From Minisyncoccota bacterium (GTDB taxonomy: Bacteria > Patescibacteriota > Minisyncoccia > Phycocordibacterales > UBA5272): a DNA stretch of 57,210 nt. The position numbers and the translations under genes are program-made. The stretch covers positions 1-57,210 of the forward strand of contig JAYWBQ010000001.1 of NCBI GenBank assembly GCA_043781255.1, given 5' to 3'. Each line of letters opens with the position of its first letter. The stretch's first letter is position 1. The notes below the pieces were generated by a model that was not told the DNA's origin, searched no databases, and was given only the letters and a program-made list of their open reading frames with translations. This document shows positions 41,653 to 51,279 of this stretch, in pieces.

Positions 41653-43065
41653 ATGCAAAAAACATTACGACAATTACATGAAGAGATAAAAAATGGAGTG
41701 CTCACCATCGAAGCTCTTGTTGAGGGTTGTAAAAAAACAATTAAAGAGAAAGATGGCGATGTTCATGCGATGCTGGGGATGTATTCTGATGCACTCGTTA
41801 CTTCACAAATTGCGAAAGCAAAAGATATGTTTGCAAAAGGTACTGCAACCACACTCACCGGCATTCCGGTTGTCCTTAAAGATAATATTTTAGTGAAAGG
41901 TGAGGTTGCAACCGGAGGATCAAAAATTCTTGAGCACTATGTGGCAACCTATGATGCGACAGTAGTAAAAAAACTAAAAGAAGCAGGCGCAATTTTGCTC
42001 GGTCGAGCTAATATGGATGAATTTGCAATGGGAGGATCTACAGAAAACTCAGCATATGGTGAAACTAAGAATCCTCATGATCTCACTAAGGTTGCAGGAG
42101 GTTCATCTGGTGGATCATCAGCAGTTGTTGCATATGGTGGTGTGCCTGTATCACTTGGGTCTGATACCGGAGGGTCTATTCGACAACCAGCATCATTTTG
42201 TGGAATTGTGGGACTAAAGACAACTTACGGAGAAGTGTCTCGCTTTGGAGTGATGGCAATGGGAAGCTCATTTGATCAAATTGGTCCGTTTGGAAATACT
42301 GTAGAAGACGTAAGAGAAGTGTACAACGTAATTAAGGGGCATGACGTGATGGACGCTACTTCACTCCCTGAAGATGACAAAAGTAAGGAAAAAAGTGTCC
42401 TAAAAAAAGTAATAGGTGTCCCAGTATCATTTGTTAATCAGAAAGGAGTGAATGCTGAAGTTCTTGCTAATTTTAACGCTTCACTTGAGAAGTTTAAACA
42501 AGAAGGATACCTAATCAAAGATATTACTATTAGCCATCTAGAGAAAGCACTTTCTGTCTACTATGTGATCATGTTTGCAGAAGTATCCAGTAATCTCGCG
42601 CGTTACGATGGCATTCGCTATGGACTTTCTCATCCAGGGGAGACTAGTATCCGTAGCTATTTTGAATCTCGGACCGCGGGGTTTGGTCCTGAAGTTAGAC
42701 GTCGTATTTTACTGGGCACCTATGTGCTTTCCTCTGGCTATTATGATGCATACTACAATAAAGCAAATCTCGTCCGAAATATACTAAAGAAAGAATTCGC
42801 AAAATCCTTTACAGATATTGACGTTATAGCAACTCCGACCTCCCCAATACCAGCATTTGCTCTTGGTGAAAAATCTCATGATCCGCTCTCTATGTACTTG
42901 GCAGATATTTTTACTGTGCCAGTAAACATTGTAGGAGTGCCTGCGATCTCTGTTCCGTCGGGAAAAACATCAACCGGTCTTCCACTTGGGATGCAATTCA
43001 TTGCACCCCATAATCGTGAAGATCTGCTATTCACTTACGGGGAAGAATTAGAAAGGCTATACTAG
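41653..43065 (+). CDS. gatA: Asp/Glu-tRNA amidotransferase subunit A
   Basis: KDNI; NMDEFAMG.STENS; GGSSGGS; GSDTGGSIRQPA; RYDGIRYG; EVRRRILLGTYVLSSGYYDAYY. Confidence 0.98.
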   Translation: MQKTLRQLHEEIKNGVLTIEALVEGCKKTIKEKDGDVHAMLGMYSDALVTSQIAKAKDMFAKGTATTLTGIPVVLKDNILVKGEVATGGSKILEHYVATYDATVVKKLKEAGAILLGRANMDEFAMGGSTENSAYGETKNPHDLTKVAGGSSGGSSAVVAYGGVPVSLGSDTGGSIRQPASFCGIVGLKTTYGEVSRFGVMAMGSSFDQIGPFGNTVEDVREVYNVIKGHDVMDATSLPEDDKSKEKSVLKKVIGVPVSFVNQKGVNAEVLANFNASLEKFKQEGYLIKDITISHLEKALSVYYVIMFAEVSSNLARYDGIRYGLSHPGETSIRSYFESRTAGFGPEVRRRILLGTYVLSSGYYDAYYNKANLVRNILKKEFAKSFTDIDVIATPTSPIPAFALGEKSHDPLSMYLADIFTVPVNIVGVPAISVPSGKTSTGLPLGMQFIAPHNREDLLFTYGEELERLY

Positions 43066-43082
43066 AGATAGTTTCTAGTCTT

Positions 43083-43160
43083 TAGGTTGTGGGTTGTAGA
43101 AATGCAAAATCAAACAATGTGTATGTACTTCTATAACCTATAACCTACTCCCTATAATCT
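43083..43160. repeat. Degenerate inverted heptamer arrays (taggttg-type / tataacc-type)
   Basis: taggttg tgggttg tagaa ... ttc tataacc tataacc tactccc tataatc. Confidence 0.6.
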
Positions 43161-43167
43161 TGAGCTC

Positions 43168-44574
43168 ATGTATTCCTTTTCAATCGATTATCTTTTTAAT
43201 AGAGTGTACGATGTGTTGCTTTGGGTAAAATACACCTGGCTTTTTACAATTCTTAGAACTAATCCAGAGACTTACATTAAAGAAGTTGAATATAGGGATT
43301 GGGATGGTCTGCGTGACCGAGGATGGTTTGATGAGTACCTCACAAAATTACATGCCGCAGTACCAGAAGCCAGTGTAGGTCACTCTTTGTGGCAGCGCAT
43401 GCTCGAATCTATGGGATTTAAACTTCGTGATAGTGACTATGATGGAATTCCTGATGTGTCAGATAGTAGTCCATATGATACAAATAATCTGACAACAGCT
43501 GAACTAAAAGAACGATACCAGAGTGACTATTCTTTCTTGGATCATGTTCGTGATATTTTCGGTATTGGACCAAAAGATAGTGATAAAGATGGTGTGCCAG
43601 ATAGTTATGAAATAAAACATGGAATGAATCCACTTAGTCCTGATTCGGACAGGGATGGGGTCCTTGATGGTCAAGAGCTTGTACAAGGGACAGATCCAAT
43701 TAATAGCGACACTGATGGAGACCTTGTGCTCGACGGTCGAGATGAGGCACCACTTAACAAAGATATCTCTTCTATTAGTAAGGACACTGATGGCGATGGA
43801 GTTAGTGATAAAATTGAAGGATATTTAGGGACTGATATCACAAAAAAAGATACTGATGGAGATAATATTCCTGATAACATGGATACCTATCCTCTTGATC
43901 CAGAAAATATTGGGCAGTTTTCACAAATAGACTTTTCAAAATCTTCTGAAGGACTACATCTATCAATACAAAACCCAGTACTTGGACTATTTGCTGATAT
44001 GATTTCAATACTTGGAATTATTATTGCGTGTATTTTTGCATATGTTGTGATGCGATGGTTTATTGCATTCTTGGCAGGTATGACACATTACGAACATCAC
44101 TTTCATCATGATGACCATACACGTAAGGGTCATGTTATTTATGATACAAAATCTGAAGCTAAAGCGTCACACACTACGCATAATCCTGAGATGCCAGGAG
44201 GTATCCCTGGTCTTCCTGTTGGTGATTTTATAGATGTGGTTGCACCCACCCTACAAGAAATGTATGACCATCCGAAGTTTGCGGTGATACAAGGATATAT
44301 GAGTAGTCGGAGCGAAGCCTTGTGGAGGATTGGGATTATGGAAGCAGATAATGTGCTTCTCGAAGTGCTTGCTGAAAAAGGATATCAAGGTGAAGGTCTC
44401 GGGGAAAAGTTAAAAAATGCAAGCTTTAAGACAGTTGACCTCGCATGGGATGCACACAAGATGCGAAATAGAATAGCTCACGAAGGGTCTGATTTTCAAT
44501 TGACAGAAAGAGAGGCGAAACGAGCATTTATGTTGTATGAATCAGTGCTCCGAGATTTGAAGGCGATTAGATGA
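43168..44574 (+). CDS. Membrane protein with DxDxDG Ca-binding (TSP3-like) repeats and C-terminal HEPN-like domain
   Basis: Six D(S/T)DxD(G/x) repeats; TM at LFADMISILGIIIACIFAYVV; His-rich linker; IMEAD..L...GEKLK...AWDAHKMRNRIAHE (Rx4H). Confidence 0.75.
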   Translation: MYSFSIDYLFNRVYDVLLWVKYTWLFTILRTNPETYIKEVEYRDWDGLRDRGWFDEYLTKLHAAVPEASVGHSLWQRMLESMGFKLRDSDYDGIPDVSDSSPYDTNNLTTAELKERYQSDYSFLDHVRDIFGIGPKDSDKDGVPDSYEIKHGMNPLSPDSDRDGVLDGQELVQGTDPINSDTDGDLVLDGRDEAPLNKDISSISKDTDGDGVSDKIEGYLGTDITKKDTDGDNIPDNMDTYPLDPENIGQFSQIDFSKSSEGLHLSIQNPVLGLFADMISILGIIIACIFAYVVMRWFIAFLAGMTHYEHHFHHDDHTRKGHVIYDTKSEAKASHTTHNPEMPGGIPGLPVGDFIDVVAPTLQEMYDHPKFAVIQGYMSSRSEALWRIGIMEADNVLLEVLAEKGYQGEGLGEKLKNASFKTVDLAWDAHKMRNRIAHEGSDFQLTEREAKRAFMLYESVLRDLKAIR

Positions 44575-44615
44575 CATCTTGCCGCTTTTAGTCATCAGTC
44601 TTTAGCTACTCAAAT

Positions 44616-44662
44616 AAAGAATAAGAAAGGGGACATCTACGATGTCCCCTTTCTTATTCTTT
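44616..44662. terminator. Long inverted repeat (22-bp arms)
   Basis: aaagaataagaaaggggacatc-tac-gatgtcccctttcttattcttt. Confidence 0.7.
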
Positions 44663-44776
44663 CATGTTATGAAGACTAGAATTGGTCCCAAAACTACTCA
44701 CTTTACTCGAAGTAGTTTCGGGGCCCAGTATTCGATCTCTGGGAGTAAATGGCGCAGACCATTTACTTCCAGAGAG

Positions 44777-44824
44777 AAGAATACTAAAAGGAGCACTGAT
44801 TGCAGTGCTCCTTTTAGTATTCTT
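44777..44824 (-). terminator. Long inverted repeat directly downstream of tRNA-fMet
   Basis: aagaatactaaaaggagcactg-attg-cagtgctccttttagtattctt. Confidence 0.7.
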
Positions 44825-44825
44825 G

Positions 44826-44896
44826 TTGCGGGGACAGGAATCGAACCTATGTCCCGAGGTTATGAGCCTCGTGAGTTACCTCTACTCTACCCCGCT
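44826..44896 (-). tRNA. tRNA-Met(CAT), probable initiator tRNA-fMet
   Basis: AGCGGGG...CCCCGCA-A with A1:A72 mismatch; anticodon arm CGAGG-CTCATAA-CCTCG; T-loop TTCGATT; no encoded CCA. Confidence 0.88.
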
Positions 44897-44931
44897 ATGT
44901 TGTTGTATGTAATTTTTTAACGAGTATTAAC

Positions 44932-44992
44932 TAACCTCGGAGGTTATGAGAGCTATGAAGCTTCTTGTGAGTTACCTCTACTTTACCCCGCT
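44932..44992 (-). pseudogene. Degenerate duplicate of the 5' half of tRNA-fMet
   Basis: AGCGGGGTA(A)AGTAGAGGTAACTCAC...CTCATAACCTC with an insertion in the anticodon stem; no T-arm. Confidence 0.7.
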
Positions 44993-45142
44993 ATCTTTTT
45001 ACTTTTGTATTGTTTCATCTTCATGAAGACGAAGATCAATTGGCTCTTCTCTTAAAAGTTATATTATAGTACCACAGATATTCTTATTTTACAATCTTTT
45101 ATTTGATAAAACTATTATTTTATGATATAAATATCTGTATTC

Positions 45143-45219
45143 GTCGGCGTAGCTCAGTTGGTTAGAGCACATCACTCATAAAGATGAGGTCGGTGGTTCA
45201 ATTCCACCCGCCGACACCA
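45143..45219 (+). tRNA. tRNA with CAT anticodon (elongator Met or Ile2), encoded CCA
   Basis: GTCGGCG/CGCCGAC acceptor; GCTC/GAGC D-stem; loop CTCATAA (A31:A39 mismatch); GGTGG-TTCAATT-CCACC; ACCA. Confidence 0.9.
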
Positions 45220-45222
45220 TGG

Positions 45223-45254
45223 AAAAAACTAAAGTCGTACGACTTTAGTTTTTT
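45223..45254. terminator. 32-bp perfect palindrome between the tRNA and a convergent gene
   Basis: aaaaaactaaagtcgtacgactttagtttttt. Confidence 0.7.
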
Positions 45255-45264
45255 TGCTAGTACG

Positions 45265-46491
45265 TTATTCCTGCCACTTTTTCGCAACATCCTCTTTTTC
45301 TTTCTTGGAAGCTTCAATAAAGCCGTTCTCGATATGCGCTTGCTTAAGAAGTGTACGTGTGTATCTGTGGTAAAAGAATAATGGACATAATGACGACTTA
45401 ACTAGAGATATGGTGGTTGGGACATTCACCGCTTTGTCACCTTTGTTTTTATCCGTAAATGAGAACGAAAGTGCCACATTTTCGATATTGTAATTTTTGA
45501 ATTGCCCTTTCATTTGTAGTTCTTCCAAACACCTAAACAGAGGATGAAGGCCATTTTCTTGTTGAGTGCTCGGAAGAGAAATCCTCATCTTGTTCTTTTG
45601 CTTCTCACTTCCAAATGAAAATGTTACAGCTTTTATCTTCCAAGTGAGTAATGGAGTACCTCTGTTTGTCTTTGAAAAATCAAATGACTCATCTTTAAAA
45701 GACGAGAGGTCAAATGATTCAATTTTCTCTTCGTACCCACAACCACAAACAATCCGCAAGAATGTATCTAGGAAAAGAAGTTTTTCATACTTTGAACCAG
45801 TGTATGAAATAAGTATTTCCTTATCTTTTGGAAGGTATACAATGCGGACTTCTTCAATTTTTTTCGTAGTCTTTGTTTTTTCTATGTCACCACTTACATT
45901 GTCTCGCTTAGCAGTGAGTATCGGGGCACCTTCAAATGTTGCGCTTACATAGAGTATTTCGTCTAGTATTTTTGATTCAGTGAAACATTCAGTCACGCGG
46001 TCTTCTTTATTAGCAAGGCGAGTAAATTCCTTCGTGAGCTCCGTTATTTTTAGCTCTGCTGTGATGAGATCAACTTCTTTGGCTTCGTAGAGCATGTAGT
46101 TTGGTTTGACATAGAAGGTGTGGAGAAAAACCACTTCATCAAACAAATCTTTATGGAAAAGATAGTAGTAAAGTACTCGATCGTGATCAGATGTACACTC
46201 GATATGTGTCTCATGCTTTTTTATCTTTTTTTCTTTAAGTAGTGAAGAAAAAAGTTCTGTTGCGTGAGTGGTAGAAATACTTGTAAGAAGTGCTAGTTCT
46301 TTTTGTATGTCAATCTTTTGTTCTGGCGAAAGTGAGTTATAAAAGTCATTTAAAATCGCAATAACATTTTTTCGCACCGTCTGCTCGGTGATCTCAAAAA
46401 TCGCTATGATGTCGTGTCGCTTATAGAACTCAGTGATCAATTCGTGAGCATAGATTTTTTTGAAATAGTTTTTGGTGGAAAAGGAAGCCAT
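45265..46491 (-). CDS. Hypothetical protein
   Basis: 408-aa uninterrupted ORF with ATG start; no motif recognised. Confidence 0.75.
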   Translation of the reverse strand: MASFSTKNYFKKIYAHELITEFYKRHDIIAIFEITEQTVRKNVIAILNDFYNSLSPEQKIDIQKELALLTSISTTHATELFSSLLKEKKIKKHETHIECTSDHDRVLYYYLFHKDLFDEVVFLHTFYVKPNYMLYEAKEVDLITAELKITELTKEFTRLANKEDRVTECFTESKILDEILYVSATFEGAPILTAKRDNVSGDIEKTKTTKKIEEVRIVYLPKDKEILISYTGSKYEKLLFLDTFLRIVCGCGYEEKIESFDLSSFKDESFDFSKTNRGTPLLTWKIKAVTFSFGSEKQKNKMRISLPSTQQENGLHPLFRCLEELQMKGQFKNYNIENVALSFSFTDKNKGDKAVNVPTTISLVKSSLCPLFFYHRYTRTLLKQAHIENGFIEASKKEKEDVAKKWQE

Positions 46492-46582
46492 ATGAGTAGA
46501 TGTTAGGTGTTAGATAAAAGCAAGTCAGTATAAACAATAGCAGTTAGTGTAGCATGTCTAAATAAAGTAAGGGTGTATAAAA

Positions 46583-47648
46583 CCTGAATTAGTATTCTAA
46601 CTGCACACCCTCTACTTCTTCCAAAATACCTCATAAGGAGTTTTAAACGTAAGACGTTTACGTTCTCGTGTATTTAATATACGAACAACATGTCGTAACT
46701 CTTTCTCAGTGATTAAATTAAAATCATATTTCTTTGGAAAATATTGTCGTAGTAATCCATTAGTATTTTCATTAGTTCCCCGTTCCCACGAATGATATGG
46801 ATATGCAAAATATATTGTCATCTTAGATTTTTCCTCTAATGATTCCCAATCTGAAAACTCAGTACCGTTATCAAAGGTAATAGTTTTCTTGCTCTTCCTA
46901 GGGATACGTCTAAAATGTTTAAATGTAAGTGTCGTCACTAGTTCTGCATTCATACGAGGAAGAAGAAATGCTATGAGGTATCCAGTTCTTCTGTCTACAT
47001 AGGTCACAATACGTACCCGCTTGTCTTTACCAAGTACCGTATCTCCCTCAAAGTCACCAATACGTCCACGCCTGTCTACAACAGCAGGTCTTTCGTCAAT
47101 GCGTCGTTTCTTCTTTAGTTCTCGTTCCTTTTCCTTAATCTTCGTACCACGCCTTCTTCGATACTTACCTTTCTGTGAACGTAAATACAGCTTTAAATGT
47201 GGTGCTCGTTCTTGTATATATCTGTAGATAGTACTAGCAGCCAGCACTTGTTTTCTTTTCTTAAGTATCCCCGATATCTGTTCAGGGGATTTATGAAGTT
47301 TTAACTCTTTTGTAACAAACCTAAGAAGAACTCCTTTGAGCATACGAATACTATCCATAGCATCAACTCTATCCATATGCTTTGTGCGACGTACTTCTTT
47401 CGCATTGTAGGTATCTTTTCCTCCATGTTTTCTTACATGTCTACTGACTGAACTCGCCTCCTTGTTAATAGTTCTTCCTATTTCACTAAAGTTGTATCCA
47501 GCTCGCAACATCTTTGCTATACAAGACCAATCTTCAGTACCGATGTGTGTGTATGGCATATACAGTAACACTACCTATTGCAAGAATGGTATAAAAGACC
47601 TGTGCGGTTAGCCTGCAAACTTTTGTGCGGTTAGAATGAGAATTCAGG
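46583..47648 (-). mobile_element. IS30-family insertion sequence (1066 bp)
   Basis: 25-bp imperfect IRs 46583-46607 and 47624-47648 (21/25); AA(A) on both flanks consistent with a 2-3 bp target duplication. Confidence 0.9.
46612..47571 (-). CDS. IS30-family DDE transposase (likely ATG 47559)
   Basis: N-terminal HTH; SPEQI; TIYRYI; GDFEGDTV; TFDNGTEF; PYHSWERGTNENTNGLLRQYFPK; LN.R.RK.L.FKTP.E. Confidence 0.95.
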   Translation of the reverse strand: MLLYMPYTHIGTEDWSCIAKMLRAGYNFSEIGRTINKEASSVSRHVRKHGGKDTYNAKEVRRTKHMDRVDAMDSIRMLKGVLLRFVTKELKLHKSPEQISGILKKRKQVLAASTIYRYIQERAPHLKLYLRSQKGKYRRRRGTKIKEKERELKKKRRIDERPAVVDRRGRIGDFEGDTVLGKDKRVRIVTYVDRRTGYLIAFLLPRMNAELVTTLTFKHFRRIPRKSKKTITFDNGTEFSDWESLEEKSKMTIYFAYPYHSWERGTNENTNGLLRQYFPKKYDFNLITEKELRHVVRILNTRERKRLTFKTPYEVFWKK

Positions 47649-47708
47649 AAAGCTTACTTGAAAGAAGCTGTATTTATGGTAGAATATATAAGTTAGAAAA
47701 ATAAATAT

Positions 47709-47782
47709 GCGGTCGTAGCTCAGCTGGTTAGAGCACTGCCCTGTCACGGCAGGGGTCGTGGGTTCAAATCCCATCGACCGCG
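47709..47782 (+). tRNA. tRNA-Asp(GTC)
   Basis: GCGGTCG/CGACCGC-G acceptor; CTGCC-CTGTCAC-GGCAG anticodon arm; T-loop TTCAAAT. Confidence 0.95.
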
Positions 47783-47786
47783 CAAT

Positions 47787-47826
47787 AAGTAAAATCCACC
47801 ATTTTCCAAAATGGTGGATTTTACTT
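47787..47826 (+). terminator. Inverted repeat after tRNA-Asp
   Basis: aagtaaaatccaccatttt-cc-aaaatggtggattttactt. Confidence 0.75.
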
Positions 47827-48064
47827 TTCGTGCAGAGATAGAAGCACAGCGTCTGCGCGCTGTACGCTTCGGATCTGAAGAGGGGTTGCAGAATTTTATC
47901 GAGGAGTTTACGACGAGAAGTTCTGTGAACACTTTTCTAAGAGATTGACCTAGTATTATAAAATTTAAATTTCTATATGGATAGGAAAGTGTTTGAAATA
48001 TACTGGTATCTCAGGTTTGTGTGGTCTTAAAGTTAGTTCTTGTATATGATATAATTTATAACAT

Positions 48065-48772
48065 ATGAGAAAACTAAAAGAACAACCAACTCTGCATGAA
48101 TGGAATACCTCGAAAGAAAACGACCGTAAAAATTTGTCTCAGGTAGTCCCAAGTGAATTTCTTTTGAACCAAAGTAAGTTTCTTCTGAATCAAGAAGCTG
48201 AGATTTCTCGTTTAGAAGAAATAGCTACCCTTGATCCTCTTACGGGACTTTTAAATCGCCGTGCTTGGGACGCCGAAATCAAAAAAACTGTAAATGACTT
48301 TAAACGATACGAAGAGAATAATCCTACTAAACAGTATGCTGTTCTTGCTTTAGATATTGATTTCTTTAAAACAATAAATGATCGTTTTGGTCATGATGGT
48401 GGAGATGTTGTTCTTGTGAAGTCATCAGAATTACTTAAGAAGCTTTTTCGCTCTACTGATGTTATTGCACGTTTTGGAGGCGAAGAGTTTTTTGTTTTAA
48501 TTAAAGATGGTGATATTGAAAAATTTAAAGAGCGACTTTTTGCTCGCGAAACAGAAGATCCCGGCATTAGTTTTCAAATAGCATTAAAGGGCCAAAATGG
48601 GCTCGAGGAAATTTCGGTTTCTTTTAGTGGAGGACTGGCTCTTGTTATACCAACTACAGAAGGCGCTATTGAAGAAGCTAGACTGTTAGCGGATGATATG
48701 CTCTATAAAGCAAAGAAAAGTGGGCGTAATCATATTAAATTTCCAGACGGGGGAAAAGACGGGACTATTTAG
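48065..48772 (+). CDS. Stand-alone GGDEF diguanylate cyclase
   Basis: DPLTGLLNRR; LDIDFFK.IND.FGH..GD.VL; RSTDVIARFGGEEF; AD..LY.AK..GRN. Confidence 0.93.
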   Translation: MRKLKEQPTLHEWNTSKENDRKNLSQVVPSEFLLNQSKFLLNQEAEISRLEEIATLDPLTGLLNRRAWDAEIKKTVNDFKRYEENNPTKQYAVLALDIDFFKTINDRFGHDGGDVVLVKSSELLKKLFRSTDVIARFGGEEFFVLIKDGDIEKFKERLFARETEDPGISFQIALKGQNGLEEISVSFSGGLALVIPTTEGAIEEARLLADDMLYKAKKSGRNHIKFPDGGKDGTI

Positions 48773-49080
48773 TTATTTAATTCCGCAAACACCCTCCAGT
48801 TCTACTGGAGTGTGGTTAATTACGAAGTTTTTTATGGTTGTGGGCTGCTCATTTTTTAACTTTTTGATACAGTGATCCTTCATGTCTACCCACTCGAATA
48901 CACACATAATCAGCACGCATACAAGTGACTTTGGGCAGAGATTCAAGAAGAATTTAGGTATTGAGTTACTGAATGCTAAGAACATTCTTGCCTTCATCAT
49001 CATCTCTAGTATAGCGAGTATGGTGTTTATCCTTGAGTTCCCGAGGGTAAAGAAGGTGCTCGGCTTTGTTCTTCCTTTTT

Positions 49081-49284
49081 TTTATTTGCGAACAATACCC
49101 CGTGGCGTCAGCCCGGGGAGGTTCATTCGCATTTAAGACCTCGCAGCTCTGCTGCGAGGTCTCCGCTAAGGAAGGGTTTGGGGAACCAAAGGTTTCCCAA
49201 CATGATTCTAGTGCGGAACACCTAGATACCCCGCCGATACAAAGCGGAGCTGTGAGGGAAGAGCTCTGCTCCGGGGAGCTTCAT
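49081..49284. mobile_element. Composite palindromic non-coding element (REP/PATE-like)
   Basis: Hairpins ccccg..cgggg+aggttcat, agacctcgcagc/gctgcgaggtct, gggaacc/ggtttccc, ccccg..cgggg+agcttcat; parts repeated at 1-99 and 16453-16490. Confidence 0.6.
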
Positions 49285-49471
49285 TCTGTACTTCGGCGGT
49301 AAGTACCTAACACTGCTCCCCGTGTATCTCGTAATTATTCTCACATGGATACCAAAAAAGTTGTCATATCCAGTTCTTGGTGTGAGTATTCTCCTTAGTC
49401 TTTTTATGATCTTCCTCGTGTGACTGCAATTTTTCTATTTTTTGGTATAATCCATTAGATAGTAACTTTGT

Positions 49472-50371
49472 ATGAATTTTCAAGTGCTTCTTTTTTATAA
49501 ATATGTAACCATTACTAATCCTTTAGAATTAAAGGCTTTTTACACATCCCTGTGCGAAAAGTACAATCTTCTAGGTCGTACAATTATTGCAGAAGAGGGG
49601 ATTAATGCTACTGTTGAAGGATTATTTGAAGACACAGAAAACTTTGCCAAAGAATTACTTCTTGATTCACGATTTTGTGATATGCAAATAAAAAGAAGTA
49701 AAGGATATGGAATAACATTCCCAAAACTCCAGGTTAAAGTTAAGCAAGAAATAGTGGGCACTCGTTTCCCGAAAGAAGTTGACCCACGAATAAACACAGC
49801 ACCACATTTGTCACCTGAAGAACTTCGCAGTTGGTACGAGAATGAAAAAGACTTTGTGGTAGTGGATATGCGTAACTCTTATGAGTATGAGTCAGGACAT
49901 TTTAAAAATTCTATTGATCCTGGGATGGATGCGTCACGAGAGCTTCCTACATTAATTGAAAAAATAAAAAAAGAAACAAAAGATAAGACAGTGCTCACGG
50001 TGTGTACTGGAGGGGTGCGATGTGAAAAGATGTCTGAGTATCTGGTGCAGAGTGGCTTTAAAGATGTTTACCAGCTAGATGGAGGGATACACAGCTATAT
50101 GGAGAAGTATCCAGGGAAGGATTTTCTCGGTACGTTATTTACATTTGATAATCGTCTTGTTATGGACTGGGGAGGTAATGATCGTGAAGTGATTGGCACA
50201 TGTAAGAGATGTGGTGAAAAGAATGAGCAATATCAAAACTGCGCGAACGCGGAGTGCAATATGCTGTTCCTAATCTGTAATGACTGCATGTCAACGGAGG
50301 GTCCAGGATTTTGTAGTAAAAAATGTGAGCGTTCAACTGTGCGTGTTGTTAATAGAATAAGAGCTTCGTGA
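49472..50371 (+). CDS. trhO: O2-dependent tRNA uridine(34) hydroxylase TrhO/YceA (rhodanese family)
   Basis: LLFYKYV; GR.IIA.EGINAT; D.RN.YE...GHF; CTGG.RCEK; YQLDGGI..Y; FTFD.R; C-terminal Cys cluster. Confidence 0.88.
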   Translation: MNFQVLLFYKYVTITNPLELKAFYTSLCEKYNLLGRTIIAEEGINATVEGLFEDTENFAKELLLDSRFCDMQIKRSKGYGITFPKLQVKVKQEIVGTRFPKEVDPRINTAPHLSPEELRSWYENEKDFVVVDMRNSYEYESGHFKNSIDPGMDASRELPTLIEKIKKETKDKTVLTVCTGGVRCEKMSEYLVQSGFKDVYQLDGGIHSYMEKYPGKDFLGTLFTFDNRLVMDWGGNDREVIGTCKRCGEKNEQYQNCANAECNMLFLICNDCMSTEGPGFCSKKCERSTVRVVNRIRAS

Positions 50372-50477
50372 GCGACGAGCGAAGGAACGTCACTTTCGAT
50401 TTTTAAGCGTAAAAATCGCGTCGAAGTGACCACACTTTGACGTAGAGCAGAAAATTAAATAGATATATAGAAAACTC

Positions 50478-51236
50478 ATGAGCTCCGATCATCAAAACCT
50501 GTTACCACTTCTTGGAATATTCGACTCTGGTGTTGGAGGCTTTTCTGTAGCAAAAGAAGTAAGAAAAGTAACTAATGCAAATATTGTATATTACGGAGAC
50601 TGCTCTCGTGCCCCGTATGGCAATCGTGAGGAGTCTGAGATTGTGTCATTTATTAAAGATGATATTAGATTTTTGCAAGATATGGACGTTACTCATTTTG
50701 TAAATGCATGTAACAGTATGTCTGTCTTCACCACAAACCAGGTACTCAAAGAGTCTAATCTGAAGCCAGATAATTATATAGATATGATTCGAGCATTTGA
50801 TATCCATGCATTATTTACTCGTGATGCTATTGTGCTTATTATTGCAACAGCTGCAACGATTCATAGTGAAGCGTATCAAAAAGTCCTTACTAAAAAAGGG
50901 GTAGCGTTCTATACTTTTATATACGAAGACTTGGCATATGCTATCGAAAATAACGCGTCACGCAAAGAACTCCTTACTATTGTAGAAAAAAGTATTATAT
51001 TTGCACAAAGTATTAAGGCAACACACATTGTGTATGGGTGCACGCATTACCCGCTTATTGGCATGTTGTTTGAAGAAATTAAAAACAAGATTTTGTGGCA
51101 TGGGGAATTTATTGATCCTGCTATGTACGTTCTTGAAGAAGTGAAGAAATGGAATCTTAAAGGTCAGAGTTCTTTTGTGCCATATTCAAGTAAAGATACT
51201 CCCGCGTTTATTAGTAATGTTATAAAATTTCTTTAG
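50478..51236 (+). CDS. murI: Glutamate racemase
   Basis: GIFDSGVGG.SV; YYGD..RAPYG; NACNS; GCTHYP. Confidence 0.88.
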   Translation: MSSDHQNLLPLLGIFDSGVGGFSVAKEVRKVTNANIVYYGDCSRAPYGNREESEIVSFIKDDIRFLQDMDVTHFVNACNSMSVFTTNQVLKESNLKPDNYIDMIRAFDIHALFTRDAIVLIIATAATIHSEAYQKVLTKKGVAFYTFIYEDLAYAIENNASRKELLTIVEKSIIFAQSIKATHIVYGCTHYPLIGMLFEEIKNKILWHGEFIDPAMYVLEEVKKWNLKGQSSFVPYSSKDTPAFISNVIKFL

Positions 51237-51279
51237 GTTGTAGTTTTTTTAGAATGTGAATGTTATAGGTATTCATATT

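Noticed and set aside
44642-47932. Track ORFs 44642-44920, 44682-44912, 45184-45381 and 47744-47932
   Set aside because: They overlap tRNA genes and palindromes and are shadow ORFs.
48773-49302. Track ORFs 48773-49003, 48882-49136 and 49066-49302
   Set aside because: No recognisable motifs. They overlap the palindromic element and a stop-interrupted minus frame, so I could not support a gene call.
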